From the NCBI GenBank assembly GCA_008632985.1, contig QPGO01000056.1, forward strand, positions 62,001 through 126,000: a DNA stretch of 64,000 nt, given 5' to 3'. The translations under genes and the position numbers were made by a program. Source of the DNA: Psammoneis japonica. Its lineage: Eukaryota. The notes under the pieces were generated by a model. It ran no database searches, was not told the origin of the DNA, and saw only the letters and a program-made list of their open reading frames with translations. Shown here one piece after another: positions 24,745-37,000 of the stretch (positions are counted from its first letter, which is position 1; every line of letters starts with the position of its first letter).

Positions 24745-27531
24745 CTAGGGAGAGTTGTTTAGCGCTGAATCATTAAGATCAATGTGCAGATGATTATTGT
24801 GATCATTCCGATACTGAGTAACCTTTGCCTGTGACCAGGTTCCAATTTCAAGGTTCAGTGTCCTGCCCATGGTGTCCGTCACTTTCCCAGTGGTAAGCAG
24901 GTCCTTTGCCCAGCCACCCTTTAGCACACCGGAGGCAGAGCCTCGATGGTATATCATACTTGCCACTGTGTTGAGTGCCGCCAGGTTGTCAAGGCCAGTC
25001 CGGGAGTCCGTCATCCAAGTTTTTACGCTCGCCTTCGCCGAAGCGCTCCCTTCAAGTGCAGATTTGACGGCATCACTGAGTTTAATGATGTTATCATTTC
25101 CGTTGAATGACCCCCCAGTCAAATCCGTGAAGTGGAATGTGTCCAGATCAGTACCGCGAAAGTGAGTGGTGTGGCCAATGTCCCGAGAGTGCTCGCCGGA
25201 GATGTCGTCCACCCTCGGCACTCGGTCTTTGTTGGTAATTAACCATTCGTACGTGCCCTTAGAACACCACCCATCGCCACCGGGGTCACGATATCCTTTG
25301 CGAGGCACAACATCTGGAAGCTTCCACAAGGCTTTACGGGGGTTCGTGTCCTTTTGATCAGAGATTGTTTCGCCATCAAGTTCACCCTCGACCTTGAAAC
25401 GATAAACAAAGTTATGCGTTTGTGGTGGGGTTGAGCTCAACATCGAGGGATTGCTGCCGGTGTTAGTGATTGTAACCTTTAGTGTCTCAGTGTTCTCTTC
25501 TGTGACAAGCACCCCCCCTGGTGCCTCATCTACTATAGTCGCTAGCTCTGTACTGCCTGACACAAGCTTTGCTGTGACTCTGGTTATCATTGTCATGTCT
25601 GGTCGACTGATCTTCAGAGTATAGGTCCGTTGATTAGTATTGCTGGAGCTGGGGCGTGGAATGCTGTAGTAGCTGGAGTCTCCTTTGGTTGGCACTACAG
25701 TATCCGCGATCATCTCATTGATTCGCAACGCGGACGTGAAATCGATCGTTGCTTGAACGGATGTCGGCAGTATTGAGTCGCCAATATTGGTAGCCGAAGC
25801 GGAGATCACAATCTCAGTATCAGCTGTCATCGTAAATGCAGAAACGTCGAATTCCATTTCAATCAGACCGGTTGATCCGTCGGATTGAAAGAAAGGTTGA
25901 ACAAATATCATTGAATTCACCTGACGTGAGATCTGGAAAAGCTGTCCGCCATTTTTGTTCACCAGATTCAGTGACCAGACGTCATTGAAAATGCTCTGTG
26001 ACAGCACATAAAATGGGTATTCGGCAGAAGAAACCGTATATTTGAGCACGACCTTCTCGGTGCCCATCGGAACTGTGAGGGAAGCAGAATCTGTGATAGC
26101 TGCTCCCTCTGTTCCGGCGACGACTGACACAGAAGCACTGTTTTTGAAAGGTATGGCCTGGACTGGCCTTTGCCGTTGGAGGTACGCTTCATGAAGGGCC
26201 GCGCGGTCGGTATCCACCTGTTTTTTCTGAAGGAAGCGTCGAAAAGTGCTAACAGAGAATGGAGGCACATTGTTCAGGATGTCTTCAGTTGTACGCAATA
26301 CCATGTCTACCTGAGTGTTGGATCCTGGCTCAGAAAGGAAAGTGGCGAAGGCATTGTAGACTTGATCACCACTCTTAGTGGTTGCAGTGAGCTCCCAGTT
26401 ACCTGCAGGCAGGACTGGAAATGAGAAGCTTCCGGTAGCATCGGAAAAAGCTTTCTTTATCGAAACCTTGGGGGATACAAGGAAGCTAGCCTCAACCTCC
26501 AACCCATCAACTTTCAATGTTGGGTTTGAGGGAGGAGCTACAAGCGTGCCACTTATCATAGCACTAGCAACAAAGAAGCCAAGCACGTCACTGTAGACTA
26601 AACCGTTGGCGTCTTCGCCATAGGCCTCAATCTTGGCCTCGCCGAATGTCAACCCGGCCAGAAGGGTACGGAAGTCCTCTATATTGACAAGAACGATCTC
26701 CTTTGTAGCATCATTGAGCTCAAAAAAGTCAGTCACTTGCACCCTGCTGTCTGAATCTTGCGGCGACTCCAGAAAGACATAGTCAAAGAAAGACAAAGGA
26801 GCAGTGTCGCCTGAGGAGCGGACGAAGCTCAGAGATAAAAAGTCGAAACTGATATCAAGAATACTGTTCTCGAGAGCAGAGACTTGCAGAGCCGCCTCCT
26901 CAGATACGCCTTCATCTCCTTTCATGACTATCGGTAACACCTCATTCGGATCTTCTGCGATGAACAAAGTCGTGCCACCAACAAGCCCAACCTCGAGGGC
27001 CCGAATCTTGTACTCCTGACCCGGCACCAGGTTCACCATTAGATCACCATTTGATCCTGTAGTTCCCACAAGGTTGTCGTCAACGAAAACAAGAACGCCT
27101 CCTCTGGCTTGAGACGTGGGATCTTCACGGAAAGCCTGGACGATGACCTCGGAAGACATCGGGGTTGGTGGCATAGTGGGTGCCTTTGGAGACCCTTTGC
27201 TGGAGCTCGGTGACTTGGGTGTCTTGCTCTTGCCTTTATCACCCTTACTTTTTCCTTTGCTCGAACTGGGCGACGTGGTCTTGCTCTTGCCAGCTTTGCT
27301 CTTTCCTTTGCTTGAGCTGGGTGATTTGGTTTTGCTCGAGCCGTTTCCCTTGCTTGTGCCAGCCTTGCTGGTGCCCGGTGTCTTGCCCTTGCTTGCCGTC
27401 AGGTTACTGGCCAACTTGGCTGTCTTAGCCAAACCCCGAAGGTTCACTTCATCATCGTGTGGTCCAGTAGGCTCTCCAATCGCAACCGATATGAGGAAAG
27501 AGAAAATGAGAGTGGTACTATAAAGTTTCAT
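24745..27531 (-). CDS. Secreted 928-aa protein: signal peptide, K/S/G-rich linker, probable beta-sandwich region, C-terminal LAS/MepA(M74)-like zinc metallopeptidase domain
   Basis: Uninterrupted ORF with normal Tyr and TpA content. Signal peptide MKLYSTTLIFSFLISVAIG from the ATG at 27531, just after a probable 5'UTR intron acceptor (...cttctgtag). SKGK repeats and PTMPPT linker. C-terminal GHTTHFRGTDLD and HNNHLHID motifs. Confidence 0.88.
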   Translation of the reverse strand: MKLYSTTLIFSFLISVAIGEPTGPHDDEVNLRGLAKTAKLASNLTASKGKTPGTSKAGTSKGNGSSKTKSPSSSKGKSKAGKSKTTSPSSSKGKSKGDKGKSKTPKSPSSSKGSPKAPTMPPTPMSSEVIVQAFREDPTSQARGGVLVFVDDNLVGTTGSNGDLMVNLVPGQEYKIRALEVGLVGGTTLFIAEDPNEVLPIVMKGDEGVSEEAALQVSALENSILDISFDFLSLSFVRSSGDTAPLSFFDYVFLESPQDSDSRVQVTDFFELNDATKEIVLVNIEDFRTLLAGLTFGEAKIEAYGEDANGLVYSDVLGFFVASAMISGTLVAPPSNPTLKVDGLEVEASFLVSPKVSIKKAFSDATGSFSFPVLPAGNWELTATTKSGDQVYNAFATFLSEPGSNTQVDMVLRTTEDILNNVPPFSVSTFRRFLQKKQVDTDRAALHEAYLQRQRPVQAIPFKNSASVSVVAGTEGAAITDSASLTVPMGTEKVVLKYTVSSAEYPFYVLSQSIFNDVWSLNLVNKNGGQLFQISRQVNSMIFVQPFFQSDGSTGLIEMEFDVSAFTMTADTEIVISASATNIGDSILPTSVQATIDFTSALRINEMIADTVVPTKGDSSYYSIPRPSSSNTNQRTYTLKISRPDMTMITRVTAKLVSGSTELATIVDEAPGGVLVTEENTETLKVTITNTGSNPSMLSSTPPQTHNFVYRFKVEGELDGETISDQKDTNPRKALWKLPDVVPRKGYRDPGGDGWCSKGTYEWLITNKDRVPRVDDISGEHSRDIGHTTHFRGTDLDTFHFTDLTGGSFNGNDNIIKLSDAVKSALEGSASAKASVKTWMTDSRTGLDNLAALNTVASMIYHRGSASGVLKGGWAKDLLTTGKVTDTMGRTLNLEIGTWSQAKVTQYRNDHNNHLHIDLNDSALNNSP

Positions 27532-28508
27532 CCTACAGAAGAGAGCAAAGAAGTGTGAGAAACCAATCATACCATGAGCACGGCATAACCACAATGCAGT
27601 GCTGATCATTTTGCACTCAAGCTGTATCGCGGAGAAAGAAATGATTAACTAGGGCATACATGATAGCGCCTTCTGTGGAGGTGACCTTATTGATAGAGTC
27701 TTCAGACCCTTTCGACTTGTCCTTTCCACCACGTCGATTGGACAATTCTTTTTGCTCAACCAATCTCTGAGCTGTAAGTGAATTGGAGACAGCTGCGCAG
27801 TGCACCTCTGCCAGCATCGTCAAGCTTCCGTTACATTGGCCTGAAATATTTGTTTTCTTCCGTTGGGACCGAAATATTTGGTTTTCTGCCGTTGGGTGAG
27901 GTCGAAACATTGGGATTTCTTCCGTTGCTTCGAGCATCTGTGATAGGAATGGACTGCAGCACAATCACTGTCCATGGCTCAGTTTGAAGATCCAGCAGTG
28001 GGCCGCAGGAAGTTGCTTCTCAATGGTCAAAAGTCAGGCCCAAGATCAATGGATCAAGGACTTGGCCCTCTCTGCTACTCTCTAGCTCAAAGAGAAAGGT
28101 CATCCCCACGTTTATCATATAAAATTATAGTGGAATTTGAATAAGCATATTTATAAGAGAGTGTATTTTTGAAAACAAAAATTATTCTTTGTTGTCCACA
28201 CCGATCGCCGATCGCGCACGAAAACGATAACATCAAACACCTCGATCGAAGCACCACGATGACGACAATCGTCGACATTTCTCAAAAACGTAGCGTGTCG
28301 TGCGCAAAACTTTTCATGCATGTAAGATCTTTGACACATAAACAACATAAAATAAATGAGAGTTGGTGCACGGACTCCCATCTTTACAGACTTATGGCTT
28401 GCTGATTTACACCACGGTGAAGCACGGTGAAATTCAGAAAAAAATCATGCAAATCACGAGCTGTTCGGCTGAATTCGAGCCAAAAAAGCACAGCCTCACC
28501 ACACGTTT

Positions 28509-29530
28509 TGCGGCTGTCACAGCCTTTCTCGTTCGCTCTTCTTTGTTCTCGAAGTCGAGGACAGTTGGAACACAGTTGGTTGGACTGGAAGGCTTTGCTA
28601 GATTGGGATGTGCAAGCCTCAACCCCAATCCCAAGCTGGACGGCTGGGCCATCCAGTGCCACCCAACGTGCGAGCATGTTCAAAGGGCAAGCACATGATT
28701 GGGAGAGGAGTGCAGGCCTGGCTGGAAGGCTGTGGCGCTGCGGGGCAGGTGGCTCGGGGACGTTGTTGTTGGGGTGAAGAATGAAGTTGCCGCCTTCAAG
28801 CATTTCATGGGCAAAGTTGCGCGTGACAGGTTCGGCCTGGAGATGCAAGCAGCGGAGCATCTCATCGAAGCGCCATCGGCCTGAGAGGCGGATGATGTCG
28901 GTGTCAACACGTGTGCAAAGGAGTGCCATCGCACCGGTGGCCCAAAGGCAGTGGGCAGAGATGTCAGACGTGTTGAATCCCAAAGTGGCGGGGCCAATGG
29001 TGGTGACGGCGGTGCGCAGGATGCCGGCGATGTCAGTGGCGAGACGCGGTGCCAGGCGCCATTGTGAAAGCACACGCTGATGGGTGCATCAGAAAGGGCA
29101 CCGCAGGTGTGCAAATGCTGCACTCATCAAATTAAAGCACAAGCGGGGCAGAGGCGGGGGTGTCCCGATCGGCCAAGGCCAATGACTTCACCACGGACGG
29201 CATTCTTCTGGGTCGTGAACGTGAGTGTCACGAAGGTCGCAACATCAAGGTGTGCAGCGGGCCCGTTGCAGGCATCCAAACATTGTGTGCTGGAGGCGAG
29301 GCGCATGTCAGCGAGGCAAAAAGGTGCAGTGTCAGACGGAGTGGTCATGTGCTTGCCTGGGCACAACAAAAAAAAGAGCGCAGTGGCGCGGGTGCCTGGA
29401 TGAGGGCTTGTGGCAGCGGCAGTCATGATCCAGAGGAGGACAGCGATGGGGACAGGTTTTACTCTGTCAGGTGGTGGATCCTCTTTCTTGTAGAAACTGA
29501 CTTGTCCAGACGGCTGTTGTTGTCTTTGTC
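28509..29530 (-). mobile_element. Fragment of a related tyrosine-recombinase retrotransposon (YR domain plus B-type terminal repeat)
   Basis: KKEDPPPDRVKPVP, FFLLCPGKH, TGAMALLCTRVDTDIIRLSGRWRFDEMLRCLHLQAEP; homologous to 44268-45422. 28509-28650 is homologous to the B repeats at 45510 and 45865. Confidence 0.9.
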
Positions 29531-29699
29531 CTTGCTTCCGAAGAATGGCCAAAGTTGGAAGGTTGCCGTCTTCTCTTGCACAGATGATCGTTCAATTTTT
29601 TGAGCGGCAAGAGCAAGCGGTCAGCAACCATGAAATGGTCACGACAGTTGCCATTGGTTGTCTCACCTCGTTTGGCCACTCAAGGGGGGTCGGTGTCAA

Positions 29700-31420
29700 A
29701 AATTTCGACACCGGCACTCATGAGTCGAAAGAAGCGATCCAGATTTTCATGCGGGAAGAAGCACTCTCACACTCCCTCCAACACAAGATGCACTTGATGT
29801 TGTCATTGTTTGCATTCATCAGGCTTGTTCAACAAGTGCACTTCCATGCCAAATGACAACTGACAACAAGGAGAATTTTGAAGACAATTTTGGACATGGC
29901 AAGTCCTTTGCAAGGGCCATGTTGCTGTCACAAGGAAACATGTCACATGGTTGACACAATGACAGCAATGACTCTCATTGAAACATGCTGTGCCCTGGCA
30001 CTGCATTTTTCTTCTTTTGTTTCATTCCAGACCTCCAGAATGGCTTTGGCATTGATGGTGAAGTTGAGTGGGAGGAGAAGATCTGCAAAGCTGCCGGCAA
30101 GTTTGGTCGCCAAGCATTGTTGTTGTGCATTTGCTGCTTGTGCATGCATCTCACTCATGTTCATGCTTTTGTCTGTCATTGGCACAGCTTCAGGCATGGC
30201 AGCCCGTTTGGGAATCAGTTGACAATGGTGCTTTGTCAACCACCCCTTTCATCCCAAACGATTTGCAAGAGGACATTGCAGCACCAGCCGACACATCTCA
30301 CAGCACCCTTGTGACATCATCAAGCAGCAGCCATGCTGCACAGCTGGCTTCAGTGCCACCCCAGCCCACCCACCATTGCCATGACTGTGGTCAATCTTCG
30401 CATGTGCAATGCTGGGAATGCACAATTAACTGGTGGAAATTGGTGAACAAGGCAAGGACACAGATTTGAGCAACAAGCAGATCCGTTTCCACTTGTGCCA
30501 AGAAGCTGTCTTTCTCTTCCATGGAATTCTTGGGCACGGCAATTGCACGGAGCTGCCAGACTGCATCCACAGGGAGACACTTGATTTGCGCCCTCAGACC
30601 CGTGATGGACTGCACACCAGCTTCAAGAAAAGTGGCGACAATGCTTGGCACCTTTGTGGCTTTGGCTTGTGGTCAGCAACTTGCATTGAAGAGTTTCAGA
30701 GTTGTTTGTTTCTTTCCATTTCCAACTTTGCAAACAAGTTGTCAGCACATCAACAACGTGTTCACTGAACCTGTTGTTCAAACTTGGCATTGCACTGCAT
30801 CTGTCAGGTGACACACAAACCTGTTGCTGGTGGCACCAGAAATTGAAACTCCTGTGTCAAGAACTTGGTGTCACACTGCATCTGTTGGGTGATGGGCACA
30901 ATCCTGTTGTTTTCATTTTGTGCAACATGGTTTCCATGTAAACCAAAGAGGCCAACATTCATGCACTGTCCTTGTGCATGTCTTTCAGACAACCTCCAAA
31001 TGAATGATGAAGTTGTGCATGCTTTGCATCTGCCAGAACAAAGAACTCAACCCCAAACTTGGTGGGCTTGTCTTTGTTGTGTTGTCTGATGGGACAGATC
31101 TGCAGTGGACAACTTGTTCCACCTGCATCAAATGCACTGTGAGAAAGGGAACTGATGACAGTGGACCCAGCAATGGCACCAGCAGTCCTCAAAGCAGTTG
31201 CATTTTGAGTTTTTATGACAGCAGGGAGTGTTCTTGGAAAAGACACCCCCCAACTGGCCACATTTGTTTCCTTGCATGCCACATTCTTGGCACTGACTTG
31301 AGTGCATTTGTGCAATTTTGTTGCTTTCTGCAACTCCTCTTTTGTTTGGTTGTCATTTGGAAACATGTGGCTCAAAAATTTTCCTTCTGTGCACCTCCAG
31401 GCAACAGTGACAGATTGTCC
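29700..31420 (-). mobile_element. piggyBac-like transposase remnant
   Basis: CPIRQHNKDKPTKFGVEFFVLADAK (~31025-31100) matches the piggyBac RQY..DKP.KFG motif with Y>H. The rest is frameshifted and the boundaries are approximate. Confidence 0.65.
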
Positions 31421-32139
31421 CACTTGACTTGAAAATGATCGTCATTGGTCTTCTGTGGACACACCACCACAGTGCCTTCCATCATGACCTTGTCAAATGG
31501 CAACATGCCCGAGTGCAGCTCTTGGTGCTGAGCAGCCACAAACAGTTTCACACAACCCTGCAGTTCCTTTTTTGAGGGTCCATCTCTTTGCATGAGGTTG
31601 CAATGTCAAAACAAAACGACGTTGCCAAATTTTTGTCAGATGTGGATCCCCAACATCTTTGGATGTTCAGGACTGCACATCTCAGACACCAACAATCCAG
31701 GATGCACCCCTTTTGTCAAGAATGCATGACACACAGTCAGCAATTTGCTTCATTTAATCCAAGATTTGGCCCATTTAAAAATTCTGGATTCATCAAACTT
31801 CTGACCACAAGCAAGTCCATCCCTGCATTTGGCACATTTTGCACTGCATGCATGAGGGTGATGTTTTGTTTGTGTTCACATCAACTGCTGAATTGCATGT
31901 GCGCCCCGCATTCCTGGATCCAAAGCTTGGCATTTGTCCATCAAGTTGGACTTTGTTGTTTTCCAAAAATTTTTCCACCTGAATCCACCATCCATTGCTT
32001 TTTTGTAACACCTTTGGTTGCCTTTTCACCCTTGTTTTTAAGCCAGGTTTCCTCATTTTGCCGGCTGCTTCCTCCACATGGTGGAAAAGGTTTTTCATTT
32101 TCCGCGTTCTTCTCATTGTTGTTTTGCAACAATGAGATG

Positions 32140-34000
32140 GTGATGCCTCCCGTTGGCCTTGTGTGTCCTTGTTGCAATCATTCTGGATTTACTTCCAAGT
32201 GTGGACTCGCCATCATCTTGCCACCAATTGTTTCACTTTGGGTGTCCCAACCAAGTCTTTTAGTTGTCCATGTTGCGGACAACTTGGCTTTGACTCAGAA
32301 AGCCAGGTGCAGTGTCACCTCCAGCGCTTCTGCTTGTCTTGTGCTGAAACACCCTCCTGGGAATTTTGTCCATTGGTTTCTTTGCATGCTCATGATGCCA
32401 TCTCTGTTTCCTCTCTTGGGTTGACTCCAATGGACCGAAATGTCCTCATTGCAAAGTTCCCTTTTCCAATGCTGCCCAGCATCTCCAGAAGTGTGTGCCC
32501 TGTCATGAAAAGGAGCAGGCTTCTTCTCAATGTGTTGCTGCTGTTTCCAATTCCACCAACATGTTGTCCTCTCCAGATGACAACACATCAGGTGGTGAAC
32601 CAGATGACAGCCCAATGTTTGGTTTTGCTGGCAACAATCCAGCCCTGCCTCTCCTTCCTGAAGTTTGTTTGAATCCAGATCCACCCACTTGCTTGGGTCG
32701 TTCATCCACCGCCATCAAAGTGGCTGCTGCCAATGCTTGCCAATGTGTTTTGTTTTCCAATGATGGTGTTTCCACTCTTGACAAGGAAAGCCCGGGCCTG
32801 TTCCAGCTCCAGGTGAGCGCTCAAAGGGCAATCGTGCACAAAACATTTTTTGTGTGCATGTGATTGCCTTTCGATTTTCAAAATGATCAAATTTGAAGGA
32901 GTTCAATGTGCTAAATTGCGCCAAAAATTGGCCTTTCGCGTGATGGATTGAGCATCACCTGGAGCTGGAACAGGCCCCCGCTGATGTCCCTGAGTTCCTT
33001 GCTGCAGATTTTCTCTTGGGTGCTGTGTGTTCTCCTTTGATGTCACGTTGGGCAGATGTCTCACCCTCTCCTCCTGTTGCTGACAACTTGGCAGGAGATC
33101 CCTCTTTTGATCACAAGAATCCACTTGGACCCACCCATGAGCTTTCACCGGATGAGGACTTTGACGCACCTCCGGCCATGCACTCACCCAGCATTGTGCC
33201 CATGACGCGGCTGCTGCATCTTTGTTGTTCCTCTGGTGTTGCAATTGACTTCATGGACAAAGTCACAAGAATGACTTGCGAGGAGCACTCTGAAAAACGC
33301 CTTGATTTGACCAAGCCTCCAGTTGCAACTGCAGCTGCAATGAAGCAACTTCTGGAGCTGTTCCCAAATGTCCCTCTTCTGCGGACTGCCACTGTGATGT
33401 TGGAGTGCAACAATCCATTGCAGCAACAAAAGCACATGCCCAAGCACAGTCGATCACCACCCTTCCCAGTTTGTAATTTCTCTGAGACTCTGCAAGATCT
33501 TTTCACAGAGCCTGTGTTCCACAACCTTTCAAAGTTGCAGGCAAATCCAAACAAATTTGGTTGCCCCATGTGCCTCCTCCTGAGGACACAGCTGTCAAAT
33601 CTGAAAACTCCATGGAATCTGGTGAGACATTTGCTTCCCTGATTTTTCCAGAGACTGGCAATTGTTCCGTCCAAGTCAAGACATGGGAGACAGAGAGTGG
33701 TTCCAATGCTGCTCCAACACATTGGCTGCCACTTCTGATTTTCACATTTGCCATTTTTCAATTGTTCCATCAAGACTGGTGTCAATGCAGTCAATCCACA
33801 TGGGATGGAGCCACTCATGCACTTGCTTGTGCCAATGATTTGAGAGAATGTTTGCCATGATTGTTGTTGCTGGCATCCTCTTGGGTTCATCCCCAACATG
33901 AACAAGCAAGACAAGAAGGATGAGACTGGGTGTCTTGCTGTGGCAAAGTGCCATCACATCCTGAAGGCAGTGCTTTGTGGACTTCTTCATTGTCAGGCCA
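32140..34000 (+). mobile_element. Plavaka-like transposase remnant with N-terminal zinc fingers, interrupted by a MITE
   Basis: CPCC..(HH)..C fingers at 32160-32335. Then FPVCNFSETLQDLF...NLSKLQANP, KTGVNAVNPHGMEPLM, WHPLGFIPN and CHHILKAVL, following the Plavaka DKT...EP...W.LG.IP...YH..L layout. Confidence 0.6.
32795..32976. mobile_element. 182-bp MITE with perfect 22-bp TIRs and a 4-bp TSD
   Basis: ggcctgttccagctccaggtga (32795-32816) / tcacctggagctggaacaggcc (32955-32976). cccg flanks both sides (32791-32794, 32977-32980). The same TIR occurs alone at 17558-17579. Confidence 0.88.
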
Positions 34001-37000
34001 TCAGGCTAATCCACCCACCACACATGCAACAAATCGGAAATGAGCACCAGCACATTGCAGTTGTTAAAAAGAATCTTGGTGTTTCTCCCACAGCACAAAC
34101 CACAAACCTTGTGATCTGCGTCAAGGAAAGACCTGTGAATCAAAGCAGGAGCCCAACTCATGACAAGAAGAATGGTGAAGCTCAATGCTCCATGTGTGAG
34201 AGGAAGGAGCAAGCAAATGACAAGCAACAGAAAAACCAGCACAAGCACCACCAGCATTGATGAACCTGAAAATGCTGTTGCAGCAAGCTGCAAAGAAGGA
34301 GGGGTGTGTGACAACCTCAGTGAAGAAGTCAAAGTTCAAATTGCTTCCGTGAGAAGCAGGACCATCTCCAACAACACAACCAAATTCATGATCAATGTCA
34401 GGCATGTGTTGGCAGCAAGGTTCACGTGCATTGAGGCAATTGCGGCAGCTCACAACAACCATGTCCATGAAAAACAAGAACAACGGTGGGAGAAATGTGA
34501 GGGAATGGAGAATGTGGGAATTTGTGAAGAGGGAAATTGGATCTGTGTGGAGATCTCTGTCAAGTGACAAAAGGATTGTGCTCAACGGCAAGTGTGCATC
34601 AGCAAACAACCAGAAACTTTCAACACAAGCAAACAATGTAAAAATTGGCAAACTTTTAGACCCATTTTGAATTGATGGACCTTTTTTGGCAAACATCTGA
34701 TGGACCATCATGACAGTGCTAACTCTTCAGACCGCAGAAGCCACAAAACACCAAAATCAGCCGCAATGATGATGACACCCCGGCTCACACTGCTGACCTT
34801 GCCATGTCCTTTTTTTGTGATTTGCACACTGTTGAGGAAGCATCTAAGTTCCTTGATGTCTCTGCAGCTGCCTTGTGCGTTGTTGAGCTGCTTGATGGGG
34901 AAAGATGCTCCACCTCTGGATGTGACTGCCCTGCCATGCACCGCAACAGATCAAGAGGACCTGGCTCCAGCCACTTTTGCATTCTCCACCATCAAGGCTG
35001 GTTCCCAAAAGCCGATCAAGGAAGCAATTGTTGAGGGTGGGGTCTCTGTGGGTCTCAACATCTCCGTGATGAAGAACTTGGTCGCAAACAGAGTTGATGT
35101 TGTTGCAACAACAGCTGCTTGAAGATTGGCTGCTCTGCAACAAACACATGGATGCCCCAAAACAAGGAAATTTGGACCAAGATCACAAATGCCATGGGCA
35201 GCAACCTCTCAGATGCAGTCAAGGACAAGCTTCGAAATGAGCCTCGTGTGGGACTGTGGCTGGCCCCTTGGCATTTTAAACCAGAAGAAAGGATGTGCAA
35301 CCCCAATGCAAAAGAGTGGATGATGAACAAGGTTGATGCCAAGAAGAAGCATTGTGATGTTGACCACTTTGTGTGGACCGGCTTTCCACCACCAAACCAC
35401 CTGCCTTCAAACTTCATTGCACATGAACTGTCTGATCCTTCTTGGGAACAACCAAGCAACCATTGGAAAAGGAGGCATGTGGCACCAGCACAAGGTTCAG
35501 GATTGCCGTCGGGGGTTGCGGCGCACCATTCTGTTGAACCACTGAGTGAGTGTGATCCCCAAACTCCCCTTGCGCATGTGACATTGGCAAAAACTCAAGT
35601 TGCTCTGAAGAAAATGTGTGAGATGGCTGCATTGAAAACAGAAGAGTCAAAAAAGAAGGACGACATTGTTGCAAATCTTTGCAGTGCCCTTGCACTCGCA
35701 AACCATTGCAAGAAGGTCTCAGAGAACAATGCAAAGCAACTTCAGACCCAACTGGCTGGAGTCCTGCAAATTGGAGCTCAACAAGTGAGGATTGTCCTTT
35801 GACCTGTGATGATCTTGCACCAGGTGGCAGACTGTCAAAGGCTGTGCGGACGCACATGCATTTTCCAAACTGTGAGGCACATGAGGCCTTCCTGTGAGCA
35901 TTGAATTGGGATGATGACACAGAGGGAGTTGGTTGCAACCCCAGTGACGGATTGTGTGTTGGATTTTGTCATTGCAGCAGGGTTTCCACCGAAGAATGAC
36001 TCAGAGAAGTCAACGTGAGTGACCAGGAGTTTCCAACAAAACCTGAAGCAAGAGCAATCAATTGGAAGACCAAATGCTTGATCTGTTGCATGCATGTGAA
36101 ACTTGGAATCTCGCATGAAGCAATTGTGCCTTTGTTTGCTGTCTCGTCCAGTGTCACAAGTGACGTGGTGCACACATGGGCTGTCTTCTTGAATTGTTCT
36201 CTTTCACTGTGGTTTCCCACCCCAACCCAATCACAAATGCTGTGGGCTTTCCCTGATTGATTTGCATGGGCTCATGATGGACATGCCCTTGTCTTCTTGC
36301 TTCTCGATGCAACAGAGCATTGGACACAGATGACAACCTCGAGTGATGCTCACTTGAGCATGCACAGTGACCACAAAGGTCACAACACAACAAAAAATGC
36401 TTGCGGGCACAGATCCCATTGGCTGTTCTCACAATGGATCCATCACGGAAGATGGGCACCCTGGATTGATTTCAGATCCTGTTGCAACAAAGATGAGCAA
36501 GCTTTTGGACAATGTGCCCTTTGGTCACATGACTCTGGATGATGACAAAGGATTCACGATCGACAATTTTGCAGCACGGATTGGCGTCAGGACCCAACGA
36601 CCTCCAAAAAAGACAAAGCTCCAGGTGAAGCAATCAGAAGCGGACACGGCTGCCATGCAAAAAGTCGGGAATCTGTGAATCTTTAACAAGATGGTGAATG
36701 GAGTGGCAAAGATGTCAATGCATTGCTTTGATTTGCTGGTGCCAATCCTGCAGCTTGGTCTTGCGCCTCTGATGTTCTGAGTGGCACACCTGATGCAAAA
36801 CTTTCATCCTGCATTAACCCATGGGCAGACGTCATCATGCGTTGACGAAAATGGCAAGGTTCAGTCAAGAAATTGACCATGCCATGGCGCGATCCAATGG
36901 TGTGGTGCAACAGATGAAGGCCTGTCTTGCTGCAGAGGTCATGTTCATCTTTGGGGTGACATGAAAGAAGTTGAATGATTCACTTGCCTGAGAAAGGGGC

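Noticed and set aside
27532..27609. Upstream start for the 954-aa ORF
   Set aside because: The signal peptide begins at the ATG at 27531, and the upstream stretch ends in a pyrimidine-rich ...tgtag typical of an intron acceptor.
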